Numbered from the stretch's first letter, positions 42,024-60,879 are shown. The stretch is DNA of 64,000 nt from Eledone cirrhosa (GCA_964016885.1 OZ024742.1:121148001-121212000), one strand, 5' to 3'. The notes: a model not told the origin generated them from the sequence alone. Program-made: numbers and translations.

Positions 42024-44370
42024 CTACCTGGACCCAGAAGGTAAGTCGGTGGTGCTGGACGTGACCGACAGTGAAGGCAATGCTTTCAGGCTAGTAGCCG
42101 TCTGTGCCCTGACAGGGGCAGGACGGCCATATTCCTTCAGACGTCTAGAGACCTTTCTTGGAACGTCCCGCGCTTTAGTGTTAGTGGGCGACTGGAACGG
42201 TATCTTAGATGCACGCTGGGATTGTGTGGGGTTAGTAGACAGAGGAGGAGGAGGGTGTAAAAGCCTCACCAACCTGCTCAGACGTTTTGAACTGTCTGAC
42301 ATGGAAAGACTGGATTATCCGAATGTGCCACTGTGGACATGGGCAAACCGCATCGCGTCATCCAGATCTTATTTAGATAGGGTATTCTGTAGGGAAACAG
42401 ATAAGGTTAGTGTAGGTTGTCCACAATTTAAAGTAGTCGACTACATGGACCACAAATTTGTGATCTGTGATGTTGACTTAGATAGACACTATAGGCAAGG
42501 GCCCGGTTACTGGAAGCTGACCGAGTCGTTCCTAGTGCACAAAGCTTACAAAGACCGGATTAGCGAATTAGTTAAGCGTGTGTTGACGGGTGCGATCGTC
42601 AACAACAGGTGGTGGTTTACCCTGAAAAGGGCTATTAGAGTAGAATCGATAAGGTTTAGCAAAGGAGTAGTGATAGAGGAAAATAGAGTAGAGGGAGAGT
42701 TAGTTAGAAAGCTAGAAGAGGCATTTAGGACAGGCATCGCAACCGACGTCCTTGCGGTGAGATTGGCACTCGACCAATTCTTCCACGCAAATCATGAAGG
42801 CTGCGTTGTCAGAGCTAGAGCACGTGCTCTGAGACACGAGGGGACGAAAGCCGTTCACTGGGCCAGGTTGGTGGGGGCGCGACGTGGCAACAAGTCCACA
42901 ATTTGGTATTTGCCTGATCAAAACGGGCGCATGTTGCTCGAACCCTAGCAGGTGTGTGCGGCTTTTCAACAGCACTTTGCTCAATTGCTCGGGAGCGGCG
43001 GCGGGCCGGATCGGAGTATGGACTTCGGTGCATACCTCGATGGTGTGCCGCGGCTCTCGACGACTGCAGCGCAGTGCTGCAAAAAGCCGATAACAGCAGG
43101 TGAAATACGGGAAGCGATGTCTGAGTGCACGAGGGGTAAATCGCCAGGTGTGGATGGTCTGCCCTACGAGCTTTATGCATACATGCCAGACTTGTTCGGC
43201 GACCTCTTGGCAGACGTCTACTGCAACTGGCAGCAGAACGGGAGCATTCCCAGTTTTGTGAGCCGGGGAGCGGTGGAGCTGCTGCGAAAAGACCTGAACA
43301 AGGGGGACGTTATAGACAACTTCATGCCCATAACTCTGATAAACGCAGAGTTCAAGATTTTGGCCAAGGTGTTAGCAAAGAGATTGGCGCTTGTCGTCGG
43401 TGATCTGGTGGGAGAGGCGCAGACATGCGCCATTCCGGACAGATCTATCTACGACAACCTCCATCTTATACGATACATCATAGAGAGGTTGGTTAAGGAA
43501 CCTGGCACGGGTGGGGCCCTGATCAACTTGGATCAATCTAAAGCATTTGATAGAGTCGATCATCGGTACCTGGCTGCGGTCCTCAAGGCGGCCGGCTTCG
43601 GGCCCGTTTTTAGTGGCTTGATCGCTGCGATGCACAGCGACATCTGCTCGATTGTGAGGGTGAATGGTTACCTGTCCCAGCCGTTCAGCATCATGCGCTC
43701 GGTCCGCCAGGGTTGTTTCCTCTCGTCCCTCTTGTACGTACTGGCCCTCTAGCCATTACTGCACAAATTGGAGACCATGACGAGGGTCCCACGCGAACTG
43801 GGATGCGGGAGATCCGTGTCAGCTTACGCCGAGACGACGTCACCGTGGTGGTGTCGAGCACCAAACATGTCCAGATGGTCGGCACCGCTCTCAAGGAATA
43901 CGAAACGGTGACAGGAGCAAAGATGAACCAGGAATAGTTGGTGGGCTTACAGCTCGGCACCTGGAGAGGCAAGTCCATTCCGTCCGACAGCGTCGTGAGG
44001 CGCTGGACGGAAGGACCGGTTAAATTTCTCAGGGTCTGGTTCGTTCCGGACCTCCAAATAGAGAACCACTGGAGCGAGGTGAAGAGCAGAATGGCTTCTC
44101 TCACCCAGAAATGGGCCGAGAAGAGGCTGCCTCTGAAAGGTCGGGCGGAGGTGGTGAATGCGTACATCGCGTCCGTCATCTGCTACCGCCTGACCGTCGT
44201 ACCTTGCCCCCGCCCAACTCTGACCAACGCGCCTTCTCTTCCGCTTTTTGTGGAAGGGACGTGCTCCCATGGTCAGACGATCCATCTGCTGTCAGCACCC
44301 GTTGCGTGGAGGACTGGGCATGCCGTGGCTGATGATGCGCAAACATGTCCCTTGTGGCCAATTATTATTA
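42024..44370 (+). mobile_element. Truncated, internally deleted Tx1/L1 ORF2 copy
   Basis: GDWNG, YLDRVF, DHK, KSPGVDGLP, DQSKAFDRVDH and VRQGC motifs with stops and frameshifts. It ends in cccttgtggccaat(tat)n. Confidence 0.9.
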
Positions 44371-44376
44371 TTTACT

Positions 44377-44540
44377 AAGATACTAAGGACGCCATGCTTT
44401 GACGCATAGAGTTACGGCCCTTGCCATTCTGAGTTCAAATCCCGTCGAGGTTAACTTTGCCTTTCATCCTTACGGGGTCGATAAAATAAAGTACACTGGG
44501 TAATTGCTGGCCTTGTGCTAAAAGAAGAAACAGTTATTAT
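44377..44540 (+). mobile_element. tRNA-derived SINE with a ~15-bp TSD
   Basis: gagttcaaatccc B box plus the central domain, with ttattattatttact at 44362-44376 and 44537-44551. Mirrored at about 48560-48725. Confidence 0.8.
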
Positions 44541-44740
44541 TATTATTTACTGAACAAAGCCAATATAGGTTTGTTGGAATAAATATTTATTTAAGCAAAT
44601 GAGATGAGAATGTAAATTACCCTATTATGTAGAATGGAAACTGTGTCAAGGAGGTCGAGAAATTCTTCTTCAAACAGGTTGATGGGTTCTCTTAAAGATA
44701 CCAACAACTCTTAACCAATCCTGGAATACAGAGAAAGGGA

Positions 44741-44811
<71 letters not shown>

Positions 44812-45401
44812 TCATTACGCGAAACATTTCATTGGCTATACTAAACATAACTGTATTCTATGACATTCATTAATTTTGTTTCAGTAATAAAGTTTTAGGT
44901 GAAAAACTTACAATTACTGAGGTTGTGACTTGTGACGTAAGAAAGATGAAACTTCACGACATTGCCCACGATGCTATCGTTTGTGTTGGTTCACCAGACG
45001 CTAGCAGCTACCAATGCATCACAGGAGACTGAGCAGAGAGTGTAAAACACTTGCGAGTTAGTCGAATAAAGTAACGAGTCTAGAAAGTTCTTCCAAGGCC
45101 ATGTAAAAAATTAGACGCTTACTTTTCGTTCAGCAAGCACACCACGTTAGCTACCTTCATGTAAGGAGATGGAGACAAACGATGTTCATGCCTTTGTGAG
45201 TGCTCCTGAGATGGAATCTTATAAAGACTTGCTAGTAACTACTGAAATCCCAGGGGTTAGTGACAGAAACCTGACTTTTGCGACTGTCCATGTAGTAGAA
45301 ATGGAGCTCCATTTTATATTCTTCCATAATCGGGTCAGCTAACAAACTAATCACCCGTCAATTCCCATATATTGGGTCGTCAATTATGAAATTTGTAGAC
45401 A

Positions 45402-45433
<32 letters not shown>

Positions 45434-45572
45434 TTCTACAAATTTCCTACTTGACGAACCAATCCAAAGTGTAACGCTTGTGTTTGCATGTAATCTCTTT
45501 CAACGACAAAAAAGTATCTTTTCAATGACCAGCAAAAAAAGACTTTCTTTCATTTTCAACTGTGTAACCAAA

Positions 45573-45718
<146 letters not shown>

Positions 45719-45829
45719 GGATACTATTTATGGTTATGTTTATATTAAACTTTTTATAGTTATGTATAACTTTATACCCTAGAAATATCCCCACAAACAC
45801 CTACTTTTAATATAATTACTTTCAATTAC

Positions 45830-47220
45830 TTATAATTATGTAGTGATATAATACAGTCTATAAAAACTTTAAATACTAGATACGGCAGTGAATTATATAT
45901 GCAATTGTAATTAAATGTATGGAGTAATAACATTGGATATATATAGGATTAATTTATTAACATAAGGGATCTGTCTAACTTATATGTAGGGTGCTGCAAT
46001 GAATTATATATGAATTATATAAGAATTATATATGCAAGTATAACTTGATGGATAGGTTAATGACATTGTAAATGAGGGATGTATTTGTCTGTCCGAGAGA
46101 TGTATTTGGTTTTGTCATGCAAACAGCCATACGCTGCTCCATAACTTACCAGGGGTTATGTAGACAAAATTCTAATAGGTCCTCTGATGTGTTTTGAGAG
46201 TAGAATGTATTTACAGTGAACTTTGATATAAAGATATGGCACTTTGTATGGGAAATTCAATTGTAGCACTATATAATAAGGAGTAATCAACTTACTATAG
46301 ATACCTTTAGTACATTATGATAGAGTAGACTGTATTTAAAATTGATAACTAGATATAAATATATAACCGTTTATATAAGGGTCTCAATTGAGGCACCATA
46401 TAATGTATGTTAGAACAATGAATTTAGTTATGAGAATCAGCTAGTTACCTCCCCTTACGCATTAACTCCCCTTAATTACACACATACTTCCGGGTAATAA
46501 ACCACTGTAAATTCTCGCAGCAGAAAGAACCTATTCTATAAATATGGATTAAATAACACTGAGCCTCAATACACTACAATAATTTAATGCATCAAACATT
46601 CACTACGGAATCATCGTTACTTATGTGATGGATGTAAAAACCATATCTTACTTTTTCTGAATGTGAAAATGGTGGTGGATACGAAAACTATAACTTTCTT
46701 TTGCTTCTTCTTTTCATTTTTATTTTTCTGCACACATACATTTTTGATCTATACTAAAAATACCCTACCACTACAACCACCATAATACCCGCTTAAAGTG
46801 CTTGCATTACATGTAACACCTTGCCACACAATAATCGTATAGAAATGAGACACACTTGCATGCTCCATGTGTAACTAATGCATACACTACCTACTAGATC
46901 TGACTATCAAACTATCCTCCTGCATTATCTGTGTTATCTGCCGAATGTATTTTAATTTTGATTTTGATTTTATTTTAATATTGATTTTGATTTTGATCTT
47001 GAATTTGAATTGCTGTACAAAAATAGTATAGTGTAATATATGTCACTCCACTGTACATCAATATATATATATATGTATCTGTATGTCTCTTGCGTCGGAA
47101 AGGAGGTCAATTATATGTGCAAACATTGAAAAATGGTCCGAAGATTCCAAGCCTAGGTTTGGATGAAACAATTGTAAGTGAATAAATGTTTTGAACATAG
47201 CTTTGATTCTTGTGAATTCT
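45830..47220 (+). mobile_element. Possible highly decayed Penelope-like element in the inverted-repeat spacer
   Basis: A YVD-like remnant (ggttatgtagacaaaattcta) at about 46155 and a hammerhead-like motif at 47134-47180 followed by AATAAA. Confidence 0.35.
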
Positions 47221-47325
47221 ATATAACTGCTCTCTAGAACAACTGATGTTATTACATTGAGCTATTTATCTTACTGGTAATAAGGTAGTAATAAATTACT
47301 GACCTTCACTGTTTAAGGTTTAAAA

Positions 47326-51703
<4,378 letters not shown>

Positions 51704-54700
51704 CCTCACGATGGACTCAGCTGATAGCTGGATCCGTCCTACACGTGACAGCAGGTGTTCGACATAAACCCACAAGTCAGCAATGCTCGGACACTGGACG
51801 AGTGCGTGCAGGACGGTTTCGTCGCCCTACGCGCATCTCGGACATGCCCGGCTGACGGCACCTCCATCCCTGTAGAGTTTATCCCGAACTGGCAAAGCTC
51901 CTCGGTAGCACTGCCAGGCCAGGGATTTCTGGAAGTTGTCCATAGGTCCCGGCCCGAAAGTCCTTCCGAAGAGATTGGCTAGTTGATTTTCGTCGACGCC
52001 TAGAGTTTCTCCAAGTACGTCGTCGCTCTTCCCCTCCACTAATCCCCTATAGAACGCCAAGGTGGAGTTTCCACCGATCACATTGCCCGATTGGTCGAGG
52101 GCTGTGAGCGCCTGAAGACATTCCAGTCTCCAAGTGCTCCCTCTCAGTCTTCGCTTGACCCAGGACTGCAGCTCCGTCAAGGAGACGAGCTGGGGAAAAA
52201 CGTGTCTATCAAACGGCGACCACACCTGATCACCGTCGAGGAAGAGGTGGAGATGTCGTAGCCTGAGCGCGTGTCTGCGCATCATCAGCCACGGCATGCC
52301 CAGCCCTCCACGTAGCGGGTGTTGACAGCAGATGGACCGCCTGACCATCGGAGCGCGTCCCTTCCACAAGAAGCGAAACAGCAAACGCTCCAGCGCAGTC
52401 AGGCGGGGCTTAGGACAAGGTACGACGGTCAGGCGGTAGTAGATGACGGATGCGATGTACGCATTCGCCACCTCCGCTCGACCTTTCAGGGATAGCTTCC
52501 TCTCGGCCCATTTCTGGGTGAGAGAAGCCACCCTGCTGGTCACCTCGTCCCAGTTTTTGTCCGTCTGGAGGTCTGGACCGAACCAGACCCCTAGCAATTT
52601 AACCGGTCCGTCCGTCCAGCGCCCGACGACGCTGTTGGACGGCATGGACCTGCCTCTCCAGGTGCCGAGCTGCAGGCCCACTGACTTTTTCTGGTTGATC
52701 ATTGCTCCTGTCACCGCTTCGTATTCTCTTAGTGTAGTGCCGATCGCCTCGATGTGTTTGACGTTCGACACCACTACGGTGACATCGTCCGCATATGCTG
52801 ACACGGATCTTCCGAATCCTAGTTCACGCGGGACCCCCCTCAACGTCTCCAGTTTGTGCAGTAATGGCTCGAGAGTCAATACGTACAAGAGGGACGAGAG
52901 GGGACATCCTTGGCGGACCGAGCGCATGATGTTGAACGGTTCCGAAAGGTGACCGTTCACTCTCACTACAGAGCAGATGTCGCTGTGCATGGCAGCGATC
53001 CATCCTCTGAAGACGGGCCCAAAGCCAGCCGCCCTCAGGACTGCCGCTAGGTAACGATGGTCGACCCTATCGAAGGCTTTCGACTGATCTAAATTGATCA
53101 AAGACCCACCCGTGCCAGGTTCCCTAGCTACCCTCTCTACGATGTATCGCATGAGGTGGAGGTTGTCGTGGATGGATTTGTCGGGAATGGTGCATGTCTG
53201 TGCCTCTCCCACCAGACCACCAACGACAAGCGCCAACCTCTTTGCTAGCACCTTGGCCAAAATCTTGAACTCTGTGTTTAGCAGAATTATGGGCCTAAAA
53301 TTATCTATGTTATCCCCCTTGTTCGGATCCTTTCTCAGCAGCGCCACCGCTCCCCGGCTCACATAACTGGGAATTCTCCCGTTCTGTTGCCAGTTGCAGT
53401 AGACGTCCGCCAAGAGGCCTCCGAACAAGTCTGGCATCTGTACGTAAAGTTCATAGGGCAGACCATCCAAACCAGGCGATTTACCCCTTGTGCAGCCAGT
53501 CATTGCCTCCCTTACTTCAGCGGTTGTTATCGGCTTTTCGCAACACTCCGCCTCAGTGGCCGAAAGCCTCGGCAGTCCGTCGAGGTAGACACTAAAGTCC
53601 ATCCCTCGATCCGGTCCGCCACTGCCCCCGAACAGTTGAGCGAAGTGTCGCTGAAAAGCTTCACACATTTGCCCGGGATCGAGTAGCATGCGCCCGTCGT
53701 GGTCCACCAAAGACCGGATCGTGGCTTTGTTGCCACGACGCGCCTCCGCCACTCGGGCCCATTGAACGGCTTTCGTCCCCTCGTGTCCGAGAGCACGCAC
53801 CCTAGCTCTGACAACGCAGCCTTCGTGCTTTGCATTGAAGAATTGGTCAAGGGCCAATTTCGCCGCAAGTACGTCGGTCGCGATGCCTTTGCTAAGCGCC
53901 TCGTCTAATTTTCTAACTAATTCTCCCTTTGCTCTATTTTTCTCTATTGCTAAAGCCTTACTAAACCTAATGGACTCTATTCTAATTGCTCTTTTCAGAG
54001 CAAACCACCACTTGTTGTTGACGATGGCCCCCGTCAACGCCCGCTTAACTAGTTCGCTAATCCGGTCTCTGTAGGCCTTGCGCGCTGGTAAGGACGCGTT
54101 TAGCTTCCAGTAGCCGGGTCCTCGTCTATGAAGCCTATCTATGTCAAGCACACAGATCACGAATTTGTGGTCGGTGTAGCTGACTATCTTGAATTGTGGA
54201 CAGCCTATGCTAGACCAATCTATTTCCCTACAAAATACTCTATCTAGATATGATCTGGATGACCCTATTCGATTTGTCCAAGTCCACACTGGTACATTCG
54301 GGAAATCCATTCGGTACCTGTCAGACAGTTCAAAACGTCTGAGCAGGTTGGTGAGTCTCTTGCACCCTCCTTCCCTATCCACTAATCCCACACAATCCCA
54401 GCGTTCATCTAAGATCCCGTTCCAGTTGACCACTAACACTAAAGAGCGGGACGTTCCAAGAAAGGTCTCTAGACGCCGGAAGAAATCAGGCCGCCCTGCT
54501 CCTGTCGGAGCATAGACGGCCACTAACCTGAAAGCTTGCCCGTCTCCGCTGGTCACGTCCAGCACCACCAACTTACCTTCTGGGTCCAGGAAGATGGCCC
54601 GTATGGCAAGATCCAAACCTCTCCAAAAAAGCACAGCAACTCCTTCCCCCGATCCCGGACGGCTGGGAGATGCGTACACATCGTAGCCGCCGAAGATCGG

Positions 54701-54881
54701 TGCGAAGGCCCGTGCTTCGGAGATTCTGGTCTCGCTGATGGCCACTACATCTATGTTTAGTGACCTGAGGTCGTTGAGCAGGTGGCCCTGCTTCCATGAC
54801 GACCCCAAGCCACGCGCATTTATGCTGCCTATTCTGAGTGAGGTCATGTTGAAAAGGAGTGGAAAAGATGGGAAAGACCAC

Positions 54882-56838
54882 TTACCTTACTTCTCGTAGA
54901 GGAAGGACGGTTTTTCCATCCTTTTCACTGCTTGTGGCCACCTCAGGAAGGATGTCCTTATAAATCCTCCTGGAGAGTGCTTGTCGGAAGTCTCCGATGT
55001 CTTTGGGGAATTTTTGTTTTAGTGTCATGTACGTTTTCTGTGTGATGCGAGTGATTTGTATGTGTGGAGGTGGTGTGAATTTTTGGGTTGTTGTGTAGTC
55101 TTTTTCTGTGATGCTGGTGTTGTGTTGGATGTAGTGTAATAATTGCTTGTTGTTCAAATTTAATGCTGTGTAGTGTGTATCGTTTTGGTTGTTTTGTTTT
55201 GTTTGCGTTTGTTGTGGGTTTGTTTCTGTTTCGCATTTTGGTGACTTTTGTGGTGTAGGTGATGGTGGTGTTGGGGTTAATGATGGTGATGGTGTTGGTG
55301 TTTGGGTTGATGGGGTTGGTGATGCTGGTGTGGATGGTGGCATATCTGTCCTAACTTTTTTGTTTGTTAATTTATTTGTTTCCCTCTGTATTTTGTTTTT
55401 GGAGGGGGAAGGAAGAGAATTTTTTCTTTTTTGGTTTCTTTTTTTTTTCTGATACCGTTTCCCACTCCTCGTCGTCACAATCTGTCTCCAGTTGTGATAG
55501 GCCGGGGAGTGGAAAATCCTCCATAGGCGTTAGTTTTGGTTGTGGCGTGGTGGATGGTGTAGGCGCTGGTGCTAGTTCTGAAGCGTTGGGTGGTGGTGGT
55601 GTTGGTTTTGCTGGTGGTGGTGGTGTTGGTTTTGCTACTGTTGCTGGGGTTGTTGCTGCTAAAGTTGTTGCTGTCATCTCTGCTACTGGTGGTGTTGATG
55701 GTTGTGTCACTGCGGTGGGTAGGAGAGGTGGCCTCAACCTTTTAGCCTGAGGGCAGAAAGCCCTTAGGTGGGTTCCTTCACCACAAACGACACACCTAGG
55801 CCTTCTGCCCTCGACAATTACGGAGAGGTGGCTGCCGTCAGTGAGGTCTATTACATCTGGGGTCTCCTCAATGCTTTTTTGGTCCGCTTCGATCAGGAGC
55901 TCCATCCCAGATCCGGACCAGTTCTCCTGCTTTTCTTTTGCTATTGCTATTATCTTTGTGTTGGCTTCGATGCCGGTGAGGACGGCCGCTATTAGCCAGG
56001 GAATTTCGATGGCCGGTGGAACGTGGGTCGCCCTGATCTTTACGAGTCTCTGGCCACAATAGCTTGGGACGAGTGTGAAGTCGTCACTTCTTAATGGGGC
56101 CATGGAGTGTTCTATAGCCTCCTCTGTTGTTTCAAAGAACACGTCCACGGTTCCATACTTCTGCCCACGTCTGATGTGGGTTTTTCTTGCCCACACATGT
56201 CCCAAAGCTTTTTGAATTTGGGACTCGGATGCCCGTTCCACTCGGCGCGATTTTACATTTATTGTTCGATACGACACGGTGCATAGGCGCCGATGCTCCA
56301 TTTTATTAGGGAGGCTGACCCTGTACCCATCTTTCTTTACCATTTGTTTGGCATTTTCTAATTCCTCCTGAGTTACCGTAAATGCTTCGCACTGTTTTGC
56401 TACTCTGGCAAAACTCAGGGTGGTTTTTTTAATGTCATTGTTGTTGTTGTTGCTATCGTTATTTTTGTTATTATTAATTTTAGTTTCAGTTGTGGTGGTG
56501 GTGACGTCAGTGAAGTTCGGTTTGGGAGAGTCCATTTTGGTTGAAAATATTTCGACATCACGAGTTGATTTATTTTTTCCTTTTGCTTCTGTTGTCGCGG
56601 TGGTGGTGGGGGTGGTGGTTGTCGCGCTGGTGGTGGTGGTGGTGGTGGCGGCTTTAACACCTGCAGTCATTGGTAATGGCGGGAAATGAATGTCTGCCTG
56701 AGACAAATTTAAAATATTGCTAGTGCTTAAATTTTTTGTGTTGGCAAACGTAGTATCATTTACAATGGTGGTGTCGGTGTGAGGTGTTAATTTGTGAGAA
56801 AGGCTTTCAGCTGCTTGGTGCAGTGGTGAATTAGCCAT
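54882..56838 (-). pseudogene. Tx1 ORF1 (gag-like, CX2CX4HX4C knuckle) with a frameshift in an A10 run at 55439-55448
   Basis: CVVCGEGTHLRAFC with Thr/Pro-rich linkers. An A9 run instead of A10 would fuse ORFs 55372-56838 and 54882-55478. Confidence 0.85.
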
Positions 56839-57100
56839 TTTTTTTTCAAAGAAATTTTTTGATAATCATAAAAGTTTAAATTTTGGGCACAAGGCCCCAA
56901 TCTTTTTGGGTGTCCTTTTCGGAAAACAATGTATGTGCGCTTATATATAGTTAACAATAAAATGTTTCCATAAATGGCAATTTTTAACAAACGGAAATAA
57001 CAAACCTTTGCGGAGCTCACGATGATCCGATTTACTACGTAGGTCGCCAATAATAATAATAATAATAATAGTAATAATAATAATAATAATGATAATGATA

Positions 57101-57342
57101 CTTTCTTTATTAACCACAAGGGTTTACATAAAGTAGACATTAAGGACAGTACAGGACAATACAGGACGGTACAAATGGGCATTTCTGCGTGTAAAAAACA
57201 AAAACAGAGGATGTAATAAAAAATAACAATGAAAAATTCCCCAATAGGGGGAGACTTCGGAGGGACATTTGTGGAGAAAGCCCATTAAAAGGCCACAGTG
57301 ACCCTGATCACCAGGGCAAGTGCCCTCTCGCAGTTTTCCACC
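57101..57342 (-). mobile_element. Tx1 3'-UTR-only copy
   Basis: Near-identical to 51184-51422, with (TTA)n on both sides. Confidence 0.9.
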
Positions 57343-57386
<44 letters not shown>

Positions 57387-57400
57387 TTAATAATAATAAT

Positions 57401-59168
57401 AAACTTATACCATTAAGTAAAATGCTCGATGAAACAAAACATGGATATAAAGTCTATAACAAAACCATTAATCACTTGTTCTACATGGATGACCTGAAAC
57501 TATTTGCAAAAAATGATGAACAATTGCAAGGGCTATTATCCACTGTGGAGCAGTTCAGTGATGACATTAAAATAGAGTTTGGACTAGATACATGCGCCAA
57601 AGCAACGTTCACCAGAGGAAAGCTGCTGAAAAGTTCAGACATTAATCTTGATCGGGGGAATGTGATAAGAGAACTTGATCAAGAGGAAACTTACAAATAT
57701 CTAGGTGTTTGTGAAGGAGACGGAATCAAGCACTCGACAATGAGGGAAAGGATAAGGAAGGAATGTTACCGCAGAGTAAGAGCAATCTTAAGAACGGAAT
57801 TGAATGCAAGGAATAGGATCGATGCCATAAACACGCTTGCCATACCAGTAGTAACCTACAGTTACAATGTCATCAACTGGTCAAGCACAGATCCGTAGGC
57901 TCGATACAAAAATTCGAAAATTCTTAACCATGCACAGAATGCATCACCCTAAGGCAGATACAGATAGAATATATCTCCCTAGGAAAGAAGGAGGACGTGG
58001 GTTAATCCAGTTAGACATTGCGTTGAAAACTGCAACAATTGGATTACCTACATATCTAAGGGAATCACATGATTCGATGATCAAACTCGTTTTGAAACAC
58101 GAAAGCATCAAAAGATGATACTCCATTACAAAAGATGCACAAAGATACAGTAATGGACTACAAATTTCAGAAGTCCCATTTACTGCTGAAATGGAAAACA
58201 CAGAAAAAGCAAAGCAGGTAAAAGTAACTGCAAAGAAAGAACTGCTACAGAAACTGGCTAAGAAATGGCAAGAAAAGCCTCTGTATGGAAAATACCCAGA
58301 ACGAGCTAACAATCCTGATGTTGACAAAACTTTAACCCATCAGTGGTTGGCATCCTCTGGACTGAAATCGGAGACTGAAGGACTGATTATATCAGCACAA
58401 GATCAGTGTCTGCCAACAAAAAATGACCAAGCCAACATAATAAAAAATGGATGCAGCCCATTATGCCGTGTATGTAAAAAACAACCAGAGACCATTGACC
58501 ATATAATTTCAATGTGCAGTCCTATAGCTCCAACCGAATACCTAAACAGGCATGACAGAGCTGCACAATACATACATTGGATAATGTGTAAGCATTTTGA
58601 CCTGCCCCATCAAAAGAATTGGTGGGAGCATCAACCATCTCCCATACTTGAAAAAGATCACATCTCAATCTTGTGGAACTTTAGCATCCAAACAGACCGA
58701 AAAATAGATGCAAATAGACCTGATATAATATTGAAGGACTTTAAAAAGAGGGCATGCCTGCTAATGTCCGTTCCAATAGACAAGAATGTATCTATAAAAA
58801 CATTTGAAAAATTGAGCAAGTATAAGGACCTCGAGATAGAAATTGGAAAAATGTGGAAATTGAGAACTAAAACAATACCAGTGGTTGTAGGCGCTCTAGA
58901 AATGATACCTAAGAGGTCTAATGATTACTTATCGCAAATCCCAGGAAACCCGCGTATAGGAGAAATACAAAAGATAGTACTAATGGGAACTGCCCATATA
59001 CTAAGGAAGATTCTGTCAATATAAGTACATCACAAGTCTAAACACCTAAAGATGCATGTGTGAGTATGTATGTTCTTTCTTGAACATGGCGGACCTTGTT
59101 GTCTCTTGAGGTCACTGGTTGTGACTTGGTGATAACTCGTATGAATATAAAGCAAGATAAATGCAGCT

Positions 59169-59169
<1 letters not shown>
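57401..59169 (+). mobile_element. 5'-truncated R4/Dong-type non-LTR retrotransposon (RT + CCHC + restriction-like endonuclease)
   Basis: HLFYMDDLKLFA, YKYLG, GGRGL, CRVC...ETIDHIISMC, RHD, NRPDIIL, KLSKY. Flanked by (TAA)n on both sides. Confidence 0.88.
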
Positions 59170-59206
<37 letters not shown>

Positions 59207-59207
<1 letters not shown>

Positions 59208-60690
59208 GTTTCTTTATTGACCACAAGGGTTGACATAAAGTATAACATTAAGGACAGCACAGGACGGTTCAGGACGGTACAAATGGGTATTTCTGCGTGT
59301 AAAGAAAAAAAGAAACAATAACAAAGGAAATGACAAAAACGAAACATTCGTGGAGAAAGCCATTTAAAAAAGCCACAATGACCCTGACCACCAGGACAAG
59401 TGCCCTCTCCCAGTTTTCCACCTCCAATTTACAGGCGCATACTCAGAGCAGGCCCATTCACTCGGGCCATGCTTTCCTCTCTCACCCATCTTTTAACAAA
59501 TTCCCTCTCCACCCTAATTTTTCTTTTCAAATGAAATTTGAAAAGTTAATCAGGGCATCACCGAAGAGGTAAGTGCTCGTCTTCAGCCCTTTCAAACGCG
59601 TCCACCACATGACCTCTTTCACCATGGCCACCAGGCAGATAAAAACTGGCTGCCCTTCCCGGCTAAAGGAAGGCGGCGGGGCAATCCTCACGATGGACTC
59701 AGCTGATAGTCGGATCCATCCTATACGCGACAGCAACTGTTCGACAAAAACACAAAAGTCAGCAATGCTCGGACACTGGACGAATGCGTGCAGGATGGTT
59801 TCGTCGCTCTGCGCGCATCTCGGACAGGCCCGGCTGACGGCACATCTGTGCCTGTAGAGTTTACCCCGAACTGGCAAAGCTCCCCGGTAACACTGCCAGG
59901 CCAGGGATTTCTGGAAGTTGTCTATGGGCCCCGGCCCGAAAGTTCTCTGAAAGAAATTAGCTAGTTGATTTTCGTCGACGTCCAGAGTTTCCCCAAACAG
60001 CGTCGCTCTCATTGGCCACTAACTCTCCGATTAAGGTGGAGTTTCCACCGATCATACTGTCCGATTGGCAGAGGGTTGTGAGCGCTTGAAGGTATTCCAA
60101 TTTCCAAGCGCTTCCCAAGTCTCCGCTTGACCCAGGACTGCAACTCCGCCAAGGAGACGAGCTGAGGGAACATGCACTTTGCGAATCACGACCACACATG
60201 TTCACCGTTCAGGAAGAGATGGAGATATCGTAGTCATCGGCATTCCCAGTCCTCCACCTAGTGGGTGCTGACAGCAGATGGACCGCTTGAGCATCGGAAC
60301 GCGTCCGTTCCACAAGAAGCAGGAGAGCAAACGCTCTAGTGCAGCCAGACAGGGTTTGGGACAAGGCATGACGGTCAGGCGGTAGTAGATGACGGATGTG
60401 ATGTACGCGTTCGCCACTTCTGTCCAACCTTTCAGGAGCAGCTTTCTCTCGGCCCATTTGGGGGTGAGATTGGCCACTCTGTTCGTCACCTCGTCCCAGT
60501 TTCTGTTCATTTGGAGGTCCGGACCGTACTAGACCCCGATCAATTTAACCCACCCATCCGTCCAGCGTCTGACGACGTTGTTGGACGTCCCGGGTATAAG
60601 CTGACACAGATCTTCCATGTCTTAGTTCTCGCGGGATGCCCCTCAACGTACCACAGGGACGAGAGGGGACATCCTTGGTGGACCGAGCGC
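59207..60690 (-). mobile_element. Degenerate 5'-truncated Tx1 copy
   Basis: NFQKSLAWQCYRGALPV, CPRCAQSDETILHAFVQCP and a 3' UTR ending aataaagaaacc(att)n. Confidence 0.88.
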
Positions 60691-60807
60691 ATTTTGCTGT
60701 TTTAACAGCTTCCTTACGCCGAGTTTTTCGATTTTTCTACGAATTCTAATACATTCGCGTTTCAAAACTCGATATTCGAGCTAGTTGTGTTTATATATAT
60801 ATATAGC

Positions 60808-60879
<72 letters not shown>

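Noticed and set aside
44860-45360. Unique sequence within the inverted-repeat arms
   Set aside because: Stops occur in the frames examined and no motif was recognised. Probably an unclassified repeat.
55439-55448. Programmed ribosomal frameshift in Tx1 ORF1
   Set aside because: A single-base homopolymer indel explains it, no stimulatory structure is evident and there is no second ORF1 copy for comparison.
52443-56689. Antisense and alternate-frame ORFs over the Tx1 element
   Set aside because: Shadow ORFs of GC-rich or low-complexity coding sequence.
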